Below are positions 1 to 9,171 of a stretch of 64,000 bases of DNA, piece by piece. Position numbers and translations under genes: made by a program. Location of the stretch: contig JAAYOB010000002.1 in the NCBI GenBank assembly GCA_012520575.1, positions 5,264 to 69,263 of the forward strand, read 5' to 3'. The notes under the pieces were generated by a model. It was not told where the DNA came from. It did not search any database and saw only the letters and a program-made list of their open reading frames with translations. The DNA is from Candidatus Stramentimicrobium fermentans. GTDB lineage: Bacteria > Atribacterota > Phoenicimicrobiia > Phoenicimicrobiales > Stramentimicrobiaceae. The first letter of the stretch is position 1. The number at the start of each line of letters is the position of its first letter.

Positions 1-1
1 T

Positions 2-1453
2 AGCGTGGTTGATGGTGTTCTGGCTGTTTTAAATTATATTCCTATTTTTGCCATCCTGTATACCTTGGTGGCTGTCCTGGAAGATGTTGGCTATATACCT
101 CGAATGACTTTTATTATGGATCGGGTTTTCCGTCATTTTGGACTACATGGGCAGTCATTGTTCCCTCTTGTTTTAGGTGGCGTGTTTGTTGGTGGTTGCG
201 CTATCCCAGGCGTTATGGCTACCAGAGGAATAAAGGACGAGAGAGCTCGTTTGGCAACTATTCTTATCGTTCCGCTTATGAATTGTGCGGCTAAGACCCC
301 CTTGTATCTTCTTCTAATCGGTATATTTTTTGCCCAGTATCAAAGTTTTGTTATATTTTTTATGGCTACAATTACGTTGATTATTGCCCTTAGTGTCAGC
401 AAGTTATTTTCGTTAACAATCCTAAAGAATAAAGAACAAGCACCTTTTGTTTTAGAGATGCCCCCCTATCATTTACCTACCGTTGGCGGTGTTTTAAGAA
501 GATGTATTGAGAGATTATGGATATTTATCAGAAAGATGGTCACCGTAGTTGTGGCAGTCATGATTCTAGTGTTTGTTTTGACAAATTTTCCAGGCATTAA
601 TCAAGAATCGAGAAGTAATTATCAATCACAAATGAATCGGATTGTTGACAAGTTTTACCGTAGTATAGGAGAAGAATCTCCTTATCGTGCTGTACTTTCA
701 GGAGATAATCTGGAAAGCTATATCAACTATAGCAATGATTATAGTTTGGCAAAACGGGGTGCAAATGGCGCAAAAAAGGAAGACATAATTGAGCAAAAGT
801 TTAGGGAAAGAAACAAAGATTTTTACATCATTGCCAATAGAGGAATATATAGAGAAGAGGGTGAGCTTACAAGAGATAAAGATGCCATACAGGTATCTAA
901 GGCGCTTACTCAGTTTGAACGAAGCAGAAAAGAAATAAGAGCCGAGATACACGACAAGACTGTTATTGGCAGTGTGCTTGGTTTTGTTGGCCGTAAATTA
1001 GAGCCAATAACTAAATACGCCGGATTTAATTGGCGGGTCAATATTGCCCTGATCAGTTCTTTTGCTACAAAAGAAAGCAGTGTCGCAACTTTAGGCAGTA
1101 TCTATAAATCAGACGAAGGGGCAAGTTTGGAACAAAAGGTTGCTGAACAGGAAACAGGATGGACCCCACTACATGCACTTGCCATTATGTTGTTTATGGC
1201 CATGTATCCGCCGTGTATTCCTACGCTGTTGGCTGTACGATTGGAAACCGGTAGTACCAAATGGATGCTCTTTGCTACTTTTTATCCTATTATTTTGGGT
1301 TCCATTATTGCAGTGCTTATTTTTAGTGGAGGGAGTTCGTTAGGTCTTACCGGTATACAGGCGGTAATATGGTTTTATGTTTTAGCAATTATTGTAATGA
1401 TCTTAATGGGTCTTATTAAAAATAGAACCGATGAAATTAATGATAATTTGTAA
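2..1453 (+). CDS. feoB: Ferrous iron transporter FeoB, membrane (C-terminal) domain; 5' end truncated by window start
   Basis: ORF is open to the window edge. Polytopic hydrophobic FeoB core segments (LNYIPIFAILY...LEDVGYIPRMTFIMDRVF gate-like region) and a cytoplasmic insertion. Followed by feoA genes. Confidence 0.75.
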   Translation, partial: SVVDGVLAVLNYIPIFAILYTLVAVLEDVGYIPRMTFIMDRVFRHFGLHGQSLFPLVLGGVFVGGCAIPGVMATRGIKDERARLATILIVPLMNCAAKTPLYLLLIGIFFAQYQSFVIFFMATITLIIALSVSKLFSLTILKNKEQAPFVLEMPPYHLPTVGGVLRRCIERLWIFIRKMVTVVVAVMILVFVLTNFPGINQESRSNYQSQMNRIVDKFYRSIGEESPYRAVLSGDNLESYINYSNDYSLAKRGANGAKKEDIIEQKFRERNKDFYIIANRGIYREEGELTRDKDAIQVSKALTQFERSRKEIRAEIHDKTVIGSVLGFVGRKLEPITKYAGFNWRVNIALISSFATKESSVATLGSIYKSDEGASLEQKVAEQETGWTPLHALAIMLFMAMYPPCIPTLLAVRLETGSTKWMLFATFYPIILGSIIAVLIFSGGSSLGLTGIQAVIWFYVLAIIVMILMGLIKNRTDEINDNL

Positions 1454-1507
1454 TCCAATAAAAAATTTATTAACCAGATAAATAACCAGGAAATGGAGAA
1501 TCAGAGA

Positions 1508-1762
1508 ATGGTGTTTAATCAATCTAAAATTATACCACTGGCTCAACTTAAAGCAGGGCAAAAAGGCCGGGTAACTTTAGTCGGGCTTTGTGGAGGAAGA
1601 GATTTTTCTCAACATTTGCATGATATGGGTATTATTGAAGGATCAGAAATTGAAGTGATTACCCCCGGTAGGCCAGGTCCTTTTTTGGTCAACATAAATA
1701 ATACATCTTTGGCTATCGGTCAGGGAGTGGCCGGCAAAATCATGATTGAAGAGAGAAGATAG
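1508..1762 (+). CDS. feoA: FeoA family protein (SH3-like)
   Basis: ~85-aa protein with the FeoA pattern (KAGQKGRVTLVGLCGG...G..IEV). ATG at 1508 has a GGAGAA RBS 8 nt upstream; the track start at 1493 is an in-frame alternative. Confidence 0.7.
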   Translation: MVFNQSKIIPLAQLKAGQKGRVTLVGLCGGRDFSQHLHDMGIIEGSEIEVITPGRPGPFLVNINNTSLAIGQGVAGKIMIEERR

Positions 1763-1778
1763 AGGAGGAAGTTTTTCT

Positions 1779-2021
1779 ATGTCAAAAAACAAAGCATTCT
1801 ATTTGAACCAATTAAAACCCGGTCAAAAATGTAAGTTGGTTGATGTTAATATAGGTGGGGCTACAGGTCAGAGATTAACAGATATGGGCTTTATTCCGGG
1901 TGTTGAGATAGAAGTGTTACGCAATGCTCCCTTAGTTGATCCGGTTGAATTGAAAATAAGGGGTTACAATGTGAGCATTCGTCATTCTGACGCCAAATAT
2001 ATAGAGGTAAATATTTTATGA
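1779..2021 (+). CDS. feoA: FeoA family protein (second copy)
   Basis: LKPGQKCKLVDVNIGGATGQRLTDMGFIPGVEIEV FeoA motif. GAGGAGGAAG RBS precedes ATG 1779. Stop overlaps the next start (ATGA). Confidence 0.7.
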   Translation: MSKNKAFYLNQLKPGQKCKLVDVNIGGATGQRLTDMGFIPGVEIEVLRNAPLVDPVELKIRGYNVSIRHSDAKYIEVNIL

Positions 2022-2701
2022 ATAAGAACAAACAAGAATATATCGTTGCGGTAGCAGGGCAGCCAAATTCCGGTAAATCTACTGTCTTTAATATGTTAAC
2101 CGGAGCCAGGCAATTTGTAGCTAATTATCCCGGCGTTACGGTAGAGAAAAGGATTGGTATTTATTCTTATCAGGGGCAAAAGATCAAATTGGTTGATTTG
2201 CCCGGAACCTATAGCCTGACTTCATACAGTTTAGAAGAAAGAGTTGCCCGCAACTTTTTAATAAACGAAAACCCTGATCTGGTACTGAATATTGCCGATG
2301 CTTCCAATCTGGAACGCCATCTCGTCTTAACTGTCCAGCTTTTAGAGATGGGCATGCCCTTAGTCGTTGCTTTAAATATGATGGATATTTCCAAAGGTAG
2401 AGGATTTGAAATTGATGAAGAGAGCCTTGCTAAAGAACTTGGAGTGCCCGTTGTTCCGACTATTGCCCAAAAAGGAAGAGGGAAAGAAGAATTGCGGCAG
2501 GCTATTTTAAAAGGTTGCCTTGGCAAAGATAAGTACAAGAATAGTCTTGTAGTAGATTATGGTCAAAAAATAGAACAAATTTTAGATGAGTTGACACAGA
2601 ATATTGCTAATGATAATAGGTATTCTAATTATAATCCCCGCTGGCTGGCAATCAAACTATTAGCCGGTGATACGGAAGTAAGGAGTATGTTCCACCAATG
2701 A
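2018..2701 (+). CDS. Stand-alone FeoB N-terminal GTPase + GDI-helical domain protein (no membrane domain)
   Basis: G1 GQPNSGKST and G3 DLPG motifs, NMMD (G4), and a helical region ending ...RWLAIKLLAGD exactly where the membrane domain of full-length FeoB would begin. Stop at 2701. Confidence 0.75.
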   Translation: MNKNKQEYIVAVAGQPNSGKSTVFNMLTGARQFVANYPGVTVEKRIGIYSYQGQKIKLVDLPGTYSLTSYSLEERVARNFLINENPDLVLNIADASNLERHLVLTVQLLEMGMPLVVALNMMDISKGRGFEIDEESLAKELGVPVVPTIAQKGRGKEELRQAILKGCLGKDKYKNSLVVDYGQKIEQILDELTQNIANDNRYSNYNPRWLAIKLLAGDTEVRSMFHQ

Positions 2702-2726
2702 GGAATTAATGAAGGAGAAAATAGTT

Positions 2727-2873
2727 ATGGATAATATCATATTAATCATTGTTGGTCTGATAAGCGGGTACTATATTTATCGAAAATTATTTAAATGTAG
2801 CACCGGTAAAAACTTTTGTAAATCATGCGGGACGTGTAATGTCTGTCAGATATCAAAAACCAAAAAAAGATAG
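2727..2873 (+). CDS. FeoB-associated Cys-rich small membrane protein (48 aa)
   Basis: Not in the ORF track (too short). GAAGGAGAAA RBS, ATG 2727. One TM helix followed by CKSCGTCNVCQ, typical of the small proteins found after feoB in Firmicutes. Confidence 0.5.
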   Translation: MDNIILIIVGLISGYYIYRKLFKCSTGKNFCKSCGTCNVCQISKTKKR

Positions 2874-3104
2874 AGTTTGTTTTATTTTTACTGGATATAT
2901 TCTTTAAAAGTGATGATAGAATTATAATCCGTTCTTTATGGTCTTTTTGTATTATTTTTCCTATGGAATATTTTAATGAATAAAGAAATAAATAATATTG
3001 AAGAGAATTCGGCAATATCTTTTTCATTTATTTTTCACCTTTAAAGACAAGCCGTTCATAAAGTGTAAAAATACTTCTATCCATTTTTTTAGAAAAGAGA
3101 TCAA

Positions 3105-4280
3105 TTATCGGAATATTAATCGAGATAGTTTACTTCTCTTTATTTCAACTGCCTGTTCAGGGCATAATTCCTGACAGCAGAAACAGCGAATGCAACGCGT
3201 AAGGTCTGCCTGGGGTTTACTTGCAATCATCTCAATACATTGGGGCGGACAGTTGCGGGCACATAGACCGCAGTTAATACATTTTTTGTGTATAAAAATA
3301 GGCTTAGGACGTAATAGTTTATAAAAGAAATCGTCCAATTTAGCAGGTAGGGGAATGGGAAGATGTCTGCTTCTGGAGGTAGCAGGTACTTTGAAAGGTA
3401 TCGGTTTGAATTCTTCATCGGCTATTCCTCGAATATCCAGTTCCCGGATATTCTTTGGTATCAGCCCTCTTGCTATAGCCTTCTGCAAGGTAGGTACCTG
3501 CTCAGGGTTAAGTCCAATGATATAACAGCAAGCCAGGTCGAGCCCATGCGGGTTTTCCGATGCGGCTAAAAGGCCTACTGATTTCGGTTCACCGGCAGAA
3601 GGGCCCGGACCCTCCATGGCAATAACGGCATCCATAATGGATAGAGTTGGTTTTACAAATTGAGCGATATCGACCAACATATCAGAAAAATCTCTTACAT
3701 CATCCAGCCTTAAATGGTAATCCGCTTTCAGGAGACCGGGTATAGTGCCGAAAAGATTCTTTACCGCACCGGTATAGATGGTAAAACCATGTGTTTTTAG
3801 TTTAGCCAGAGAAATAACAACATCTGCTTCTTTAACAATTTTTGCCAGGGTAATATGTTTTAAGATTCTACCTTCCGGATAAGAAAATTCCTGCTGCTCA
3901 AAATTCCAATTTAGCTCAGCACCGGTCCGTTTAGCAACTTTTACCATGCCGGTTTCCTGATAGATACCCTTTAACCAGGCTTTGGTAAATGGACCGCCCG
4001 GACTATCAGCTATAATGGTTTTTGCCCCCAGGGCTTGGATTTGATTAACAAGAGCTTCCACTAAAGCCGGATGTGTGGTGACTGCAGCCTCCGGGGGTTT
4101 TTTCATTAAAAGGTTGACCTTCAAGAGTACCTTTTGTCCGGGCTTTATATATTGGGCTAAACCCCCTAATTCAGCGAGTAATTGCTGAACAGCCTGGTTC
4201 ACTTCATTTTGTTGATAGGTCTTACAAGGTATAAAGGCTACCTTTTTATTTAACATAATTACACTTCTCTCAACCTTCAT
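3105..4280 (-). CDS. DUF362-family protein with C-terminal 2x[4Fe-4S] ferredoxin domain
   Basis: C-terminal CINCGLCARNCPPQC and CIRCFCCQELCPEQAV cluster motifs. DUF362-like N-terminal region. Confidence 0.55.
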   Translation of the reverse strand: MKVERSVIMLNKKVAFIPCKTYQQNEVNQAVQQLLAELGGLAQYIKPGQKVLLKVNLLMKKPPEAAVTTHPALVEALVNQIQALGAKTIIADSPGGPFTKAWLKGIYQETGMVKVAKRTGAELNWNFEQQEFSYPEGRILKHITLAKIVKEADVVISLAKLKTHGFTIYTGAVKNLFGTIPGLLKADYHLRLDDVRDFSDMLVDIAQFVKPTLSIMDAVIAMEGPGPSAGEPKSVGLLAASENPHGLDLACCYIIGLNPEQVPTLQKAIARGLIPKNIRELDIRGIADEEFKPIPFKVPATSRSRHLPIPLPAKLDDFFYKLLRPKPIFIHKKCINCGLCARNCPPQCIEMIASKPQADLTRCIRCFCCQELCPEQAVEIKRSKLSRLIFR

Positions 4281-4354
4281 TTTTAATCATCCTATTATAA
4301 CAAAACTTCGTTAGAATAGACAGAAGAATATAGAAGTTTACAAGTTGCCCTTTA

Positions 4355-4405
4355 CAAAAAAATACACTCGTTCTGAGGAAATTTTAATATTCAGAACGAG
4401 TGTAT
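4355..4405 (-). terminator. Rho-independent terminator after the ABC-transporter SBP gene
   Basis: Perfect 15-bp inverted repeat ATACACTCGTTCTGA / TCAGAACGAGTGTAT, followed on the minus strand by TTTTTTT. Confidence 0.5.
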
Positions 4406-4443
4406 TCATTTTTAAAATAAACTGATTTTAATAATTAAATATC

Positions 4444-5316
4444 TTAGTTAGTCATCATGCATTGAGCCAGGTTTTTGGCAAATTCCTCTTCATCCGTTTT
4501 TAACAAGTCAATAACCTGGGGGTAACAATCTGAAATTTTATTTAAATCACCTACAAAATAGGCATTTACCAGATTATTCCAGATAGAGGTCATCTTAATT
4601 TTTGCTATTCCGTCATTAACTAAAGCCAAGATACCCTTCGGGTCGCCTTTTGGGGCGAAACAGACATACTCCTCTTCGGTATTGATGGTGCCTACTATTT
4701 TGATGGGGTTGACTTTGGTAAAGGCTTCCGCTGCGGGAGTATCAGCCACAAATACGTCAATTCGTTTATTTACCAGGTCTATAATCCCCAGATCATTCGT
4801 TTCGTAAAGTTCCAATGATTTAATATTGGCTCCCTCTTGCACCAAGTTATCTTCCAGCCAGTCTGCTTGGGTGGTGCCCCTTTGAGCGCCGACAGTATAT
4901 CCACCGATTAAAGCTGTGGCTATGTTCAGGTCCGAGTCTTCTCGAACCATTACTCCCTGGTTACCGGACCAGTAAGAGCTTGACGCATCTGCTACTGCCA
5001 ACCTCTCTTCCGTAAGAGACATACCGGCAACGAGTAGATCGACTTTACCTGACTGCAGGGCCGGAATAAGAGAATCAAAACCGATATCGAGTATTTCCAG
5101 CTCAAATCCTTGAATTTTAGCAATAATTTTCATTAAATCCATGTCAAATCCCACAAAATTGTTGTTGGCATCTACCCATTCAAAGGGCGGCCAGTCAGCC
5201 GAAGTGCCTACTACAACCTTAGCCGGTGCAGCCGAAGAAATAAGTGCCGCAGACACCATTACCATTGCAAAAATAAATAAGAGACTAACTGTTTTTTTAA
5301 TTACTTTGGTAATCAT
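4444..5316 (-). CDS. Polar amino-acid ABC transporter substrate-binding protein (family 3 SBP)
   Basis: Signal/lipo-type N-terminus. Typical SBP_bac_3 layout. Last gene of a four-gene ABC operon. Confidence 0.75.
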   Translation of the reverse strand: MITKVIKKTVSLLFIFAMVMVSAALISSAAPAKVVVGTSADWPPFEWVDANNNFVGFDMDLMKIIAKIQGFELEILDIGFDSLIPALQSGKVDLLVAGMSLTEERLAVADASSSYWSGNQGVMVREDSDLNIATALIGGYTVGAQRGTTQADWLEDNLVQEGANIKSLELYETNDLGIIDLVNKRIDVFVADTPAAEAFTKVNPIKIVGTINTEEEYVCFAPKGDPKGILALVNDGIAKIKMTSIWNNLVNAYFVGDLNKISDCYPQVIDLLKTDEEEFAKNLAQCMMTN

Positions 5317-5402
5317 ATATTTTATATCCTCCTTAAAATTTATTATAAATTACCCAGTAAATTGTTTAGAAAACGGTAGTTATCTCACCCCCTTCTCGCC
5401 TG

Positions 5403-6059
5403 CTATAAGCCGGGTATGCGAAATTTACTCTCCATCAGGTCTAAAAATTTAGAAAGTATTAAGACTACAACAAGATAAATTACCGTAATAACAATAAAAA
5501 CCTCAAAGGTTCTAAAGTTGCGAGAGGAAATTAATCTGCCCTGGGAAATAATTTCCGGAGCCTGAATCATATAAGCCATAGAGGTATATTTGAGCAGATA
5601 GATGAGCTCATTGGACCAGGAAGGGATTACCAGACGGAGCATTTGAGGCAGGACCACATATCTTATGGCTTGAACCTGTTTCATTCCAAGTGAATAAGCT
5701 GCTATCAACTGCTCTTCTTTAACCGACTGAATGGCTCCTCTAAAATACTCTGCCTGATATGCGGCACTGTTTAGACCCATACCAATCACAGCTGCGGTAA
5801 ACGGTGAAAGCATCACGCCTACACTGGGCAAGCCGAAATAAAGGATAAAGAGCTGGGTCAAAAGGGGGGTACCGCGGAAAATCTCCACAAAAAAAGTACA
5901 AAAAATATAAATTAGCTTAGAGCCATATACCCTGCCAAGGGCAATTGGGATACCCAGTAAAGCTCCCATAGTGATAGCAATAATGGTAAGCTCTAAAGTG
6001 ACTACCATGCCTTCTAACAATTTTGGCAAAATACTCCAGGCTAATTCCGGAAAGCTCAC
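5403..6059 (-). CDS. Amino-acid ABC transporter permease
   Basis: His/Glu/Gln/Arg/opine permease family pattern with an EAA-like loop. Overlaps the ATPase gene by 4 nt. Confidence 0.8.
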   Translation of the reverse strand: MSFPELAWSILPKLLEGMVVTLELTIIAITMGALLGIPIALGRVYGSKLIYIFCTFFVEIFRGTPLLTQLFILYFGLPSVGVMLSPFTAAVIGMGLNSAAYQAEYFRGAIQSVKEEQLIAAYSLGMKQVQAIRYVVLPQMLRLVIPSWSNELIYLLKYTSMAYMIQAPEIISQGRLISSRNFRTFEVFIVITVIYLVVVLILSKFLDLMESKFRIPGL

Positions 6060-6862
6060 TCTTTCTTTCCTCCGTAAAGTTCAGTAATTTTATGTAAAAA
6101 CTCTCTGGTCCTGGGGTTTTTGCAATAATTAAACATAGCCTCAGGTGTCCCTTCTTCCACAATTACCCCATTTTCCATAAAGATAATATCATTGGCAACC
6201 GCCCGCGCAAATCCCATTTCATGGGAAACAACTATCATGGTCATGCCACTTTTGGCCAGTTCTATCATTACATTTAACACCTCTCCAATTAATTCCGGGT
6301 CAAGAGCAGAGGTGGGCTCATCAAAAAGAATGAGTTTGGGACTCATAGCCAGAGCCCGGGCAATAGATACCCGCTGCTGCTGTCCACCTGATAGTTCAGC
6401 AGGATAAGAATGCAGTTTATCCTCTAATCCTACTAATTTAAGCTTTTCTATGCCGATTTCAGTTGCCCTTTCCGGCGATATTTTTTTTACCACGGTTAGT
6501 CCTAAGCGAACATTGTCCAGGGCATTCAAATGGGTAAAGAGATTAAAATGCTGAAAGACCATGCCGATAGAAGAACGTACCATATTGAGGTCTGTTTTCG
6601 GATCGGTAATCTCAATGTCTTCTAACCAGATACGGCCCTTATCCGGTGGGGTAATCTGATTGATACAGGTCAGCAGTGTACTCTTTCCGGTACCGGAAGA
6701 GCCGATTATAACCGTAGTCTCCCCTTGTCTTACCTGAAAAGAAATACCCTTCAATACTTCCAGATTACCGTAACTCTTATGTAAGTTTTCAACTTTTAAA
6801 ACAGTCTTTGGCATTTTAGATCCTTTCCAAGACAGATTGATCTCTTCTTTCTTGTATTTCAA
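6056..6862 (-). CDS. Amino-acid ABC transporter ATP-binding protein
   Basis: Walker [13 protein letters not shown] signature [15 protein letters not shown], Walker [12 protein letters not shown]. Confidence 0.85.
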   Translation of the reverse strand: MKYKKEEINLSWKGSKMPKTVLKVENLHKSYGNLEVLKGISFQVRQGETTVIIGSSGTGKSTLLTCINQITPPDKGRIWLEDIEITDPKTDLNMVRSSIGMVFQHFNLFTHLNALDNVRLGLTVVKKISPERATEIGIEKLKLVGLEDKLHSYPAELSGGQQQRVSIARALAMSPKLILFDEPTSALDPELIGEVLNVMIELAKSGMTMIVVSHEMGFARAVANDIIFMENGVIVEEGTPEAMFNYCKNPRTREFLHKITELYGGKKE

Positions 6863-7538
6863 ATCCGGGAATCTTATATTTTTTTTCCAGGAATTTTAAC
6901 AATTGATTGCCTGCGAAAACTAAAACAAAATAGATAAGGGCACAGGCCGAGTAAACCAGTAATGCATTACCGAAAGTACGGGCTACAATATAGCGGCCCT
7001 GCCTCAGCAGTTCGGTCACACCTATAGCATAGGCCAATGAGCTGTCCTTAAGTACCACAGCATATTCATTAGCCCAGGAGGGGATAGAGAGCCTTAAAGC
7101 CTGCGGAAGAATCACATATCTAATTGACTGTAAGGTACTCATACCCAAAGAGCGAGCTGCCCTCATCTGATCTTCTCCAATTGATTGTATGGCTCCCCGA
7201 AATATCTGCGATTGATAGGCGGCAGAGCGTAAACCCATAGCCAATACTGCAGCCATAAAAGCACTGATATTGATACGAAAAAAGGAAGAACCGAAAAAAA
7301 ACAGAAACAACAATACCAGTTCGGGAACAGCCCTGAAAAAACGTTCAAAAGGTACAATAAAAAAGATTTTTAAAGGAAAGGGGCCATAGACCTGCCCCAG
7401 GGCAAGTACTATTCCCAGTAAAAAACCGAGTATCAAAAAATAGAAGGTTAGATTTAAGGTAACCAAGGTTCCCGCCAACAGGGAAGGCAAGCCTTGCCAG
7501 ATTATCTGTAATTGATTCATAATGTTAACAGCTCCCAA
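6816..7538 (-). CDS. Amino-acid ABC transporter permease (second TMD)
   Basis: Paralogous permease with the same family pattern. First gene of the operon, directly downstream of the T-box leader. Confidence 0.8.
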   Translation of the reverse strand: MGAVNIMNQLQIIWQGLPSLLAGTLVTLNLTFYFLILGFLLGIVLALGQVYGPFPLKIFFIVPFERFFRAVPELVLLFLFFFGSSFFRINISAFMAAVLAMGLRSAAYQSQIFRGAIQSIGEDQMRAARSLGMSTLQSIRYVILPQALRLSIPSWANEYAVVLKDSSLAYAIGVTELLRQGRYIVARTFGNALLVYSACALIYFVLVFAGNQLLKFLEKKYKIPGFEIQERRDQSVLERI

Positions 7539-7544
7539 TTTTGG

Positions 7545-7830
7545 CTTTTAAATATTTGCTGACCAATAGGTAAAAAAAATCTCGCTCCTCTTCTTGTCTC
7601 TATAACCTGCCAAGAAAGAGGGGCGAGATAATATTCCCGTGGTACCACCCTGTTTGGAAAAATGAATTAATTATGCTCACTTTTCCCACTTATGGTCAGT
7701 TTTTAAAGGCGACTAGCCTATTCTTAACCTGTAAATAAGGGCTTCTATTCGGGTAAAAATCAACTAAGGCATTTTCACCTGTATACCTTTCTCTGTATTT
7801 GCAGTTTACCCTACTTTGCCGTTTACTTAA
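7545..7830 (-). promoter_or_regulatory. T-box riboswitch leader controlling the amino-acid ABC transporter operon
   Basis: The minus-strand transcript contains AGAGA (stem I) and the T-box sequence CAAACAGGGTGGTACCACGGGAA (plus 7646-7660). A terminator hairpin follows (CTCGCCCCTCTT...AAGAGGAGCGAG, plus 7570-7619), then U8 immediately before the permease ATG. Confidence 0.6.
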
Positions 7831-7926
7831 TTTTTACAATTGCCAAATTACTATCATTGTAGTTCTAAAACCATACTAAGGAATAAATACTTTTTTGTCA
7901 AGAAGTTAATGAATTGGTTTGGTATT

Positions 7927-8877
7927 TTAAAAGTTTTTAATAAGCTCTTTCAGTTCCTCAATCTTGCTTTGAGTTTCAATCTCACCTTGCCTAATAATGG
8001 CCACCCGGTCCTTCTTTTTTAGAAAATAGGAGACCTCGCCCTGATAATGGGGCTTAAGGACCAGATCGGCACCTAAAAGAGAAAGCTCGGTCAGGTCTTC
8101 TATCATTATGTCCACACTTCTCTCAATGATGGAGATAACATTATTGGGGCTTTTTTGTTCACCGATAATTTCCTGTAAACTTACCGCAATTACGATATCA
8201 GCTCCCATTTCGCGAACCACATCAACCGGTACAGGGTCTTTTAAGGCACCATCAACTAAAACCCTGCCTCCGTATTCGAAGGGGTAGAATACTCCCGGAA
8301 TGGAGATAGAGGCAGCAACGCCATTAGAAACCTTTCCGCTATCCATAATAACTCTCTCACCGGTTATTAAATCTGTAGCAACTGCTTTAAAAGGTATTTT
8401 TAAATCATATTCAAAATGCGACCAATCGGTAAGCTGGTCAAATTTATCCCTGATAGCGGTAGTAGACAAGAGTCCCCTGGGCCAGGTTGCCTCTGCTATC
8501 ATTTTAGGAAGATTTACAAAGATACCCGTTACTTTCTTGTCCTGATACTCTTCAAATTCAAAGGTAATATTCTTAAAAGAGATATATTCGGTAAAGTTTT
8601 CTTTCAAAATGTAATCTTCTATCTTTTTAACATCAAAACCGAGAGCATAGAAGGCTCCCACTAAACTGCCTATACTGGTTCCGGCAATGTAATCGATCTT
8701 AATTCCTTCCCTTTCCAGTACTTTCAATACTCCCAGATGGGCATAGCCTTTGGGTCCCCCGGCACCTAAAGCTAAGCCTATTTTTGGCTCAGTCCGGGCA
8801 ACTGAAAATATAGAGCAGAGCAAGAATATAGAAATAGTAACAATTAGAATTAAGGTTAAGGATTTACTTTTGTCCAT
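7927..8877 (-). CDS. Patatin-like phospholipase
   Basis: N-terminal signal/TM. GxSxG nucleophile motif (IAGTSIGSL), oxyanion GGxK-like GAGGPKG, and a DGA catalytic Asp motif (VDGALKD). Confidence 0.75.
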   Translation of the reverse strand: MDKSKSLTLILIVTISIFLLCSIFSVARTEPKIGLALGAGGPKGYAHLGVLKVLEREGIKIDYIAGTSIGSLVGAFYALGFDVKKIEDYILKENFTEYISFKNITFEFEEYQDKKVTGIFVNLPKMIAEATWPRGLLSTTAIRDKFDQLTDWSHFEYDLKIPFKAVATDLITGERVIMDSGKVSNGVAASISIPGVFYPFEYGGRVLVDGALKDPVPVDVVREMGADIVIAVSLQEIIGEQKSPNNVISIIERSVDIMIEDLTELSLLGADLVLKPHYQGEVSYFLKKKDRVAIIRQGEIETQSKIEELKELIKNF

Positions 8878-9171
8878 AGTCGTTATTATAGTATATTACT
8901 ATTCTCCCTGCAAGCCTAACTTGCTCAGCTCAAAGCCCTACTGGTTACTACTATTAAGAGCATAGATCAAAGAGTATAGTTTTGTGTATTAGATACTACT
9001 AATTTGAGAACAACCGATATATACCAAATTAGAGAGAGAAACAATTGTTTAATTTGTCGGACATTTAGATGAGTTGTTTTTAAGCCTATTCTTTAGACAA
9101 TTAAGAGAAAATATGCTAAAATTTGGGCAATCTATTTATCTTTTTGCTTTTTAAGACAGAGGAGAACGAGT

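Noticed and set aside
698-952. Antisense or embedded ORFs from the six-frame track. Examples: 698-952, 1140-1343, 2209-2538, 3227-3418, 3363-3569, 5141-5452, 5917-6162, 6192-6407, 7163-7357, 8300-8965 group, 14375-14796, 15540-15761, 15970-16218, 16468-17175, 19586-19822, 20352-21007, 23959-25387 group, 29372-29749, 31476-31745, 33799-34443 group, 34876-35173, 35413-35865, 40588-40803, 41293-41508, 41807-42490, 45318-45572, 46489-46695, 48478-48909, 49932-50318, 50575-50826, 51580-51923, 54232-54811, 56579-56788, 57830-58666, 60874-61356, 61542-62006, 63051-63533, 63774-63962.
   Set aside because: Each lies inside, and on the opposite strand or in another frame of, a long ORF with clear family motifs. 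They have no RBS and low-complexity or hydrophobic translations typical of shadow ORFs.
2791-3027. 78-aa minus-strand ORF in the AT-rich spacer after the feo operon.
   Set aside because: Low-complexity Ile/Lys/Tyr-rich translation, no RBS. Likely random ORF in AT-rich DNA.
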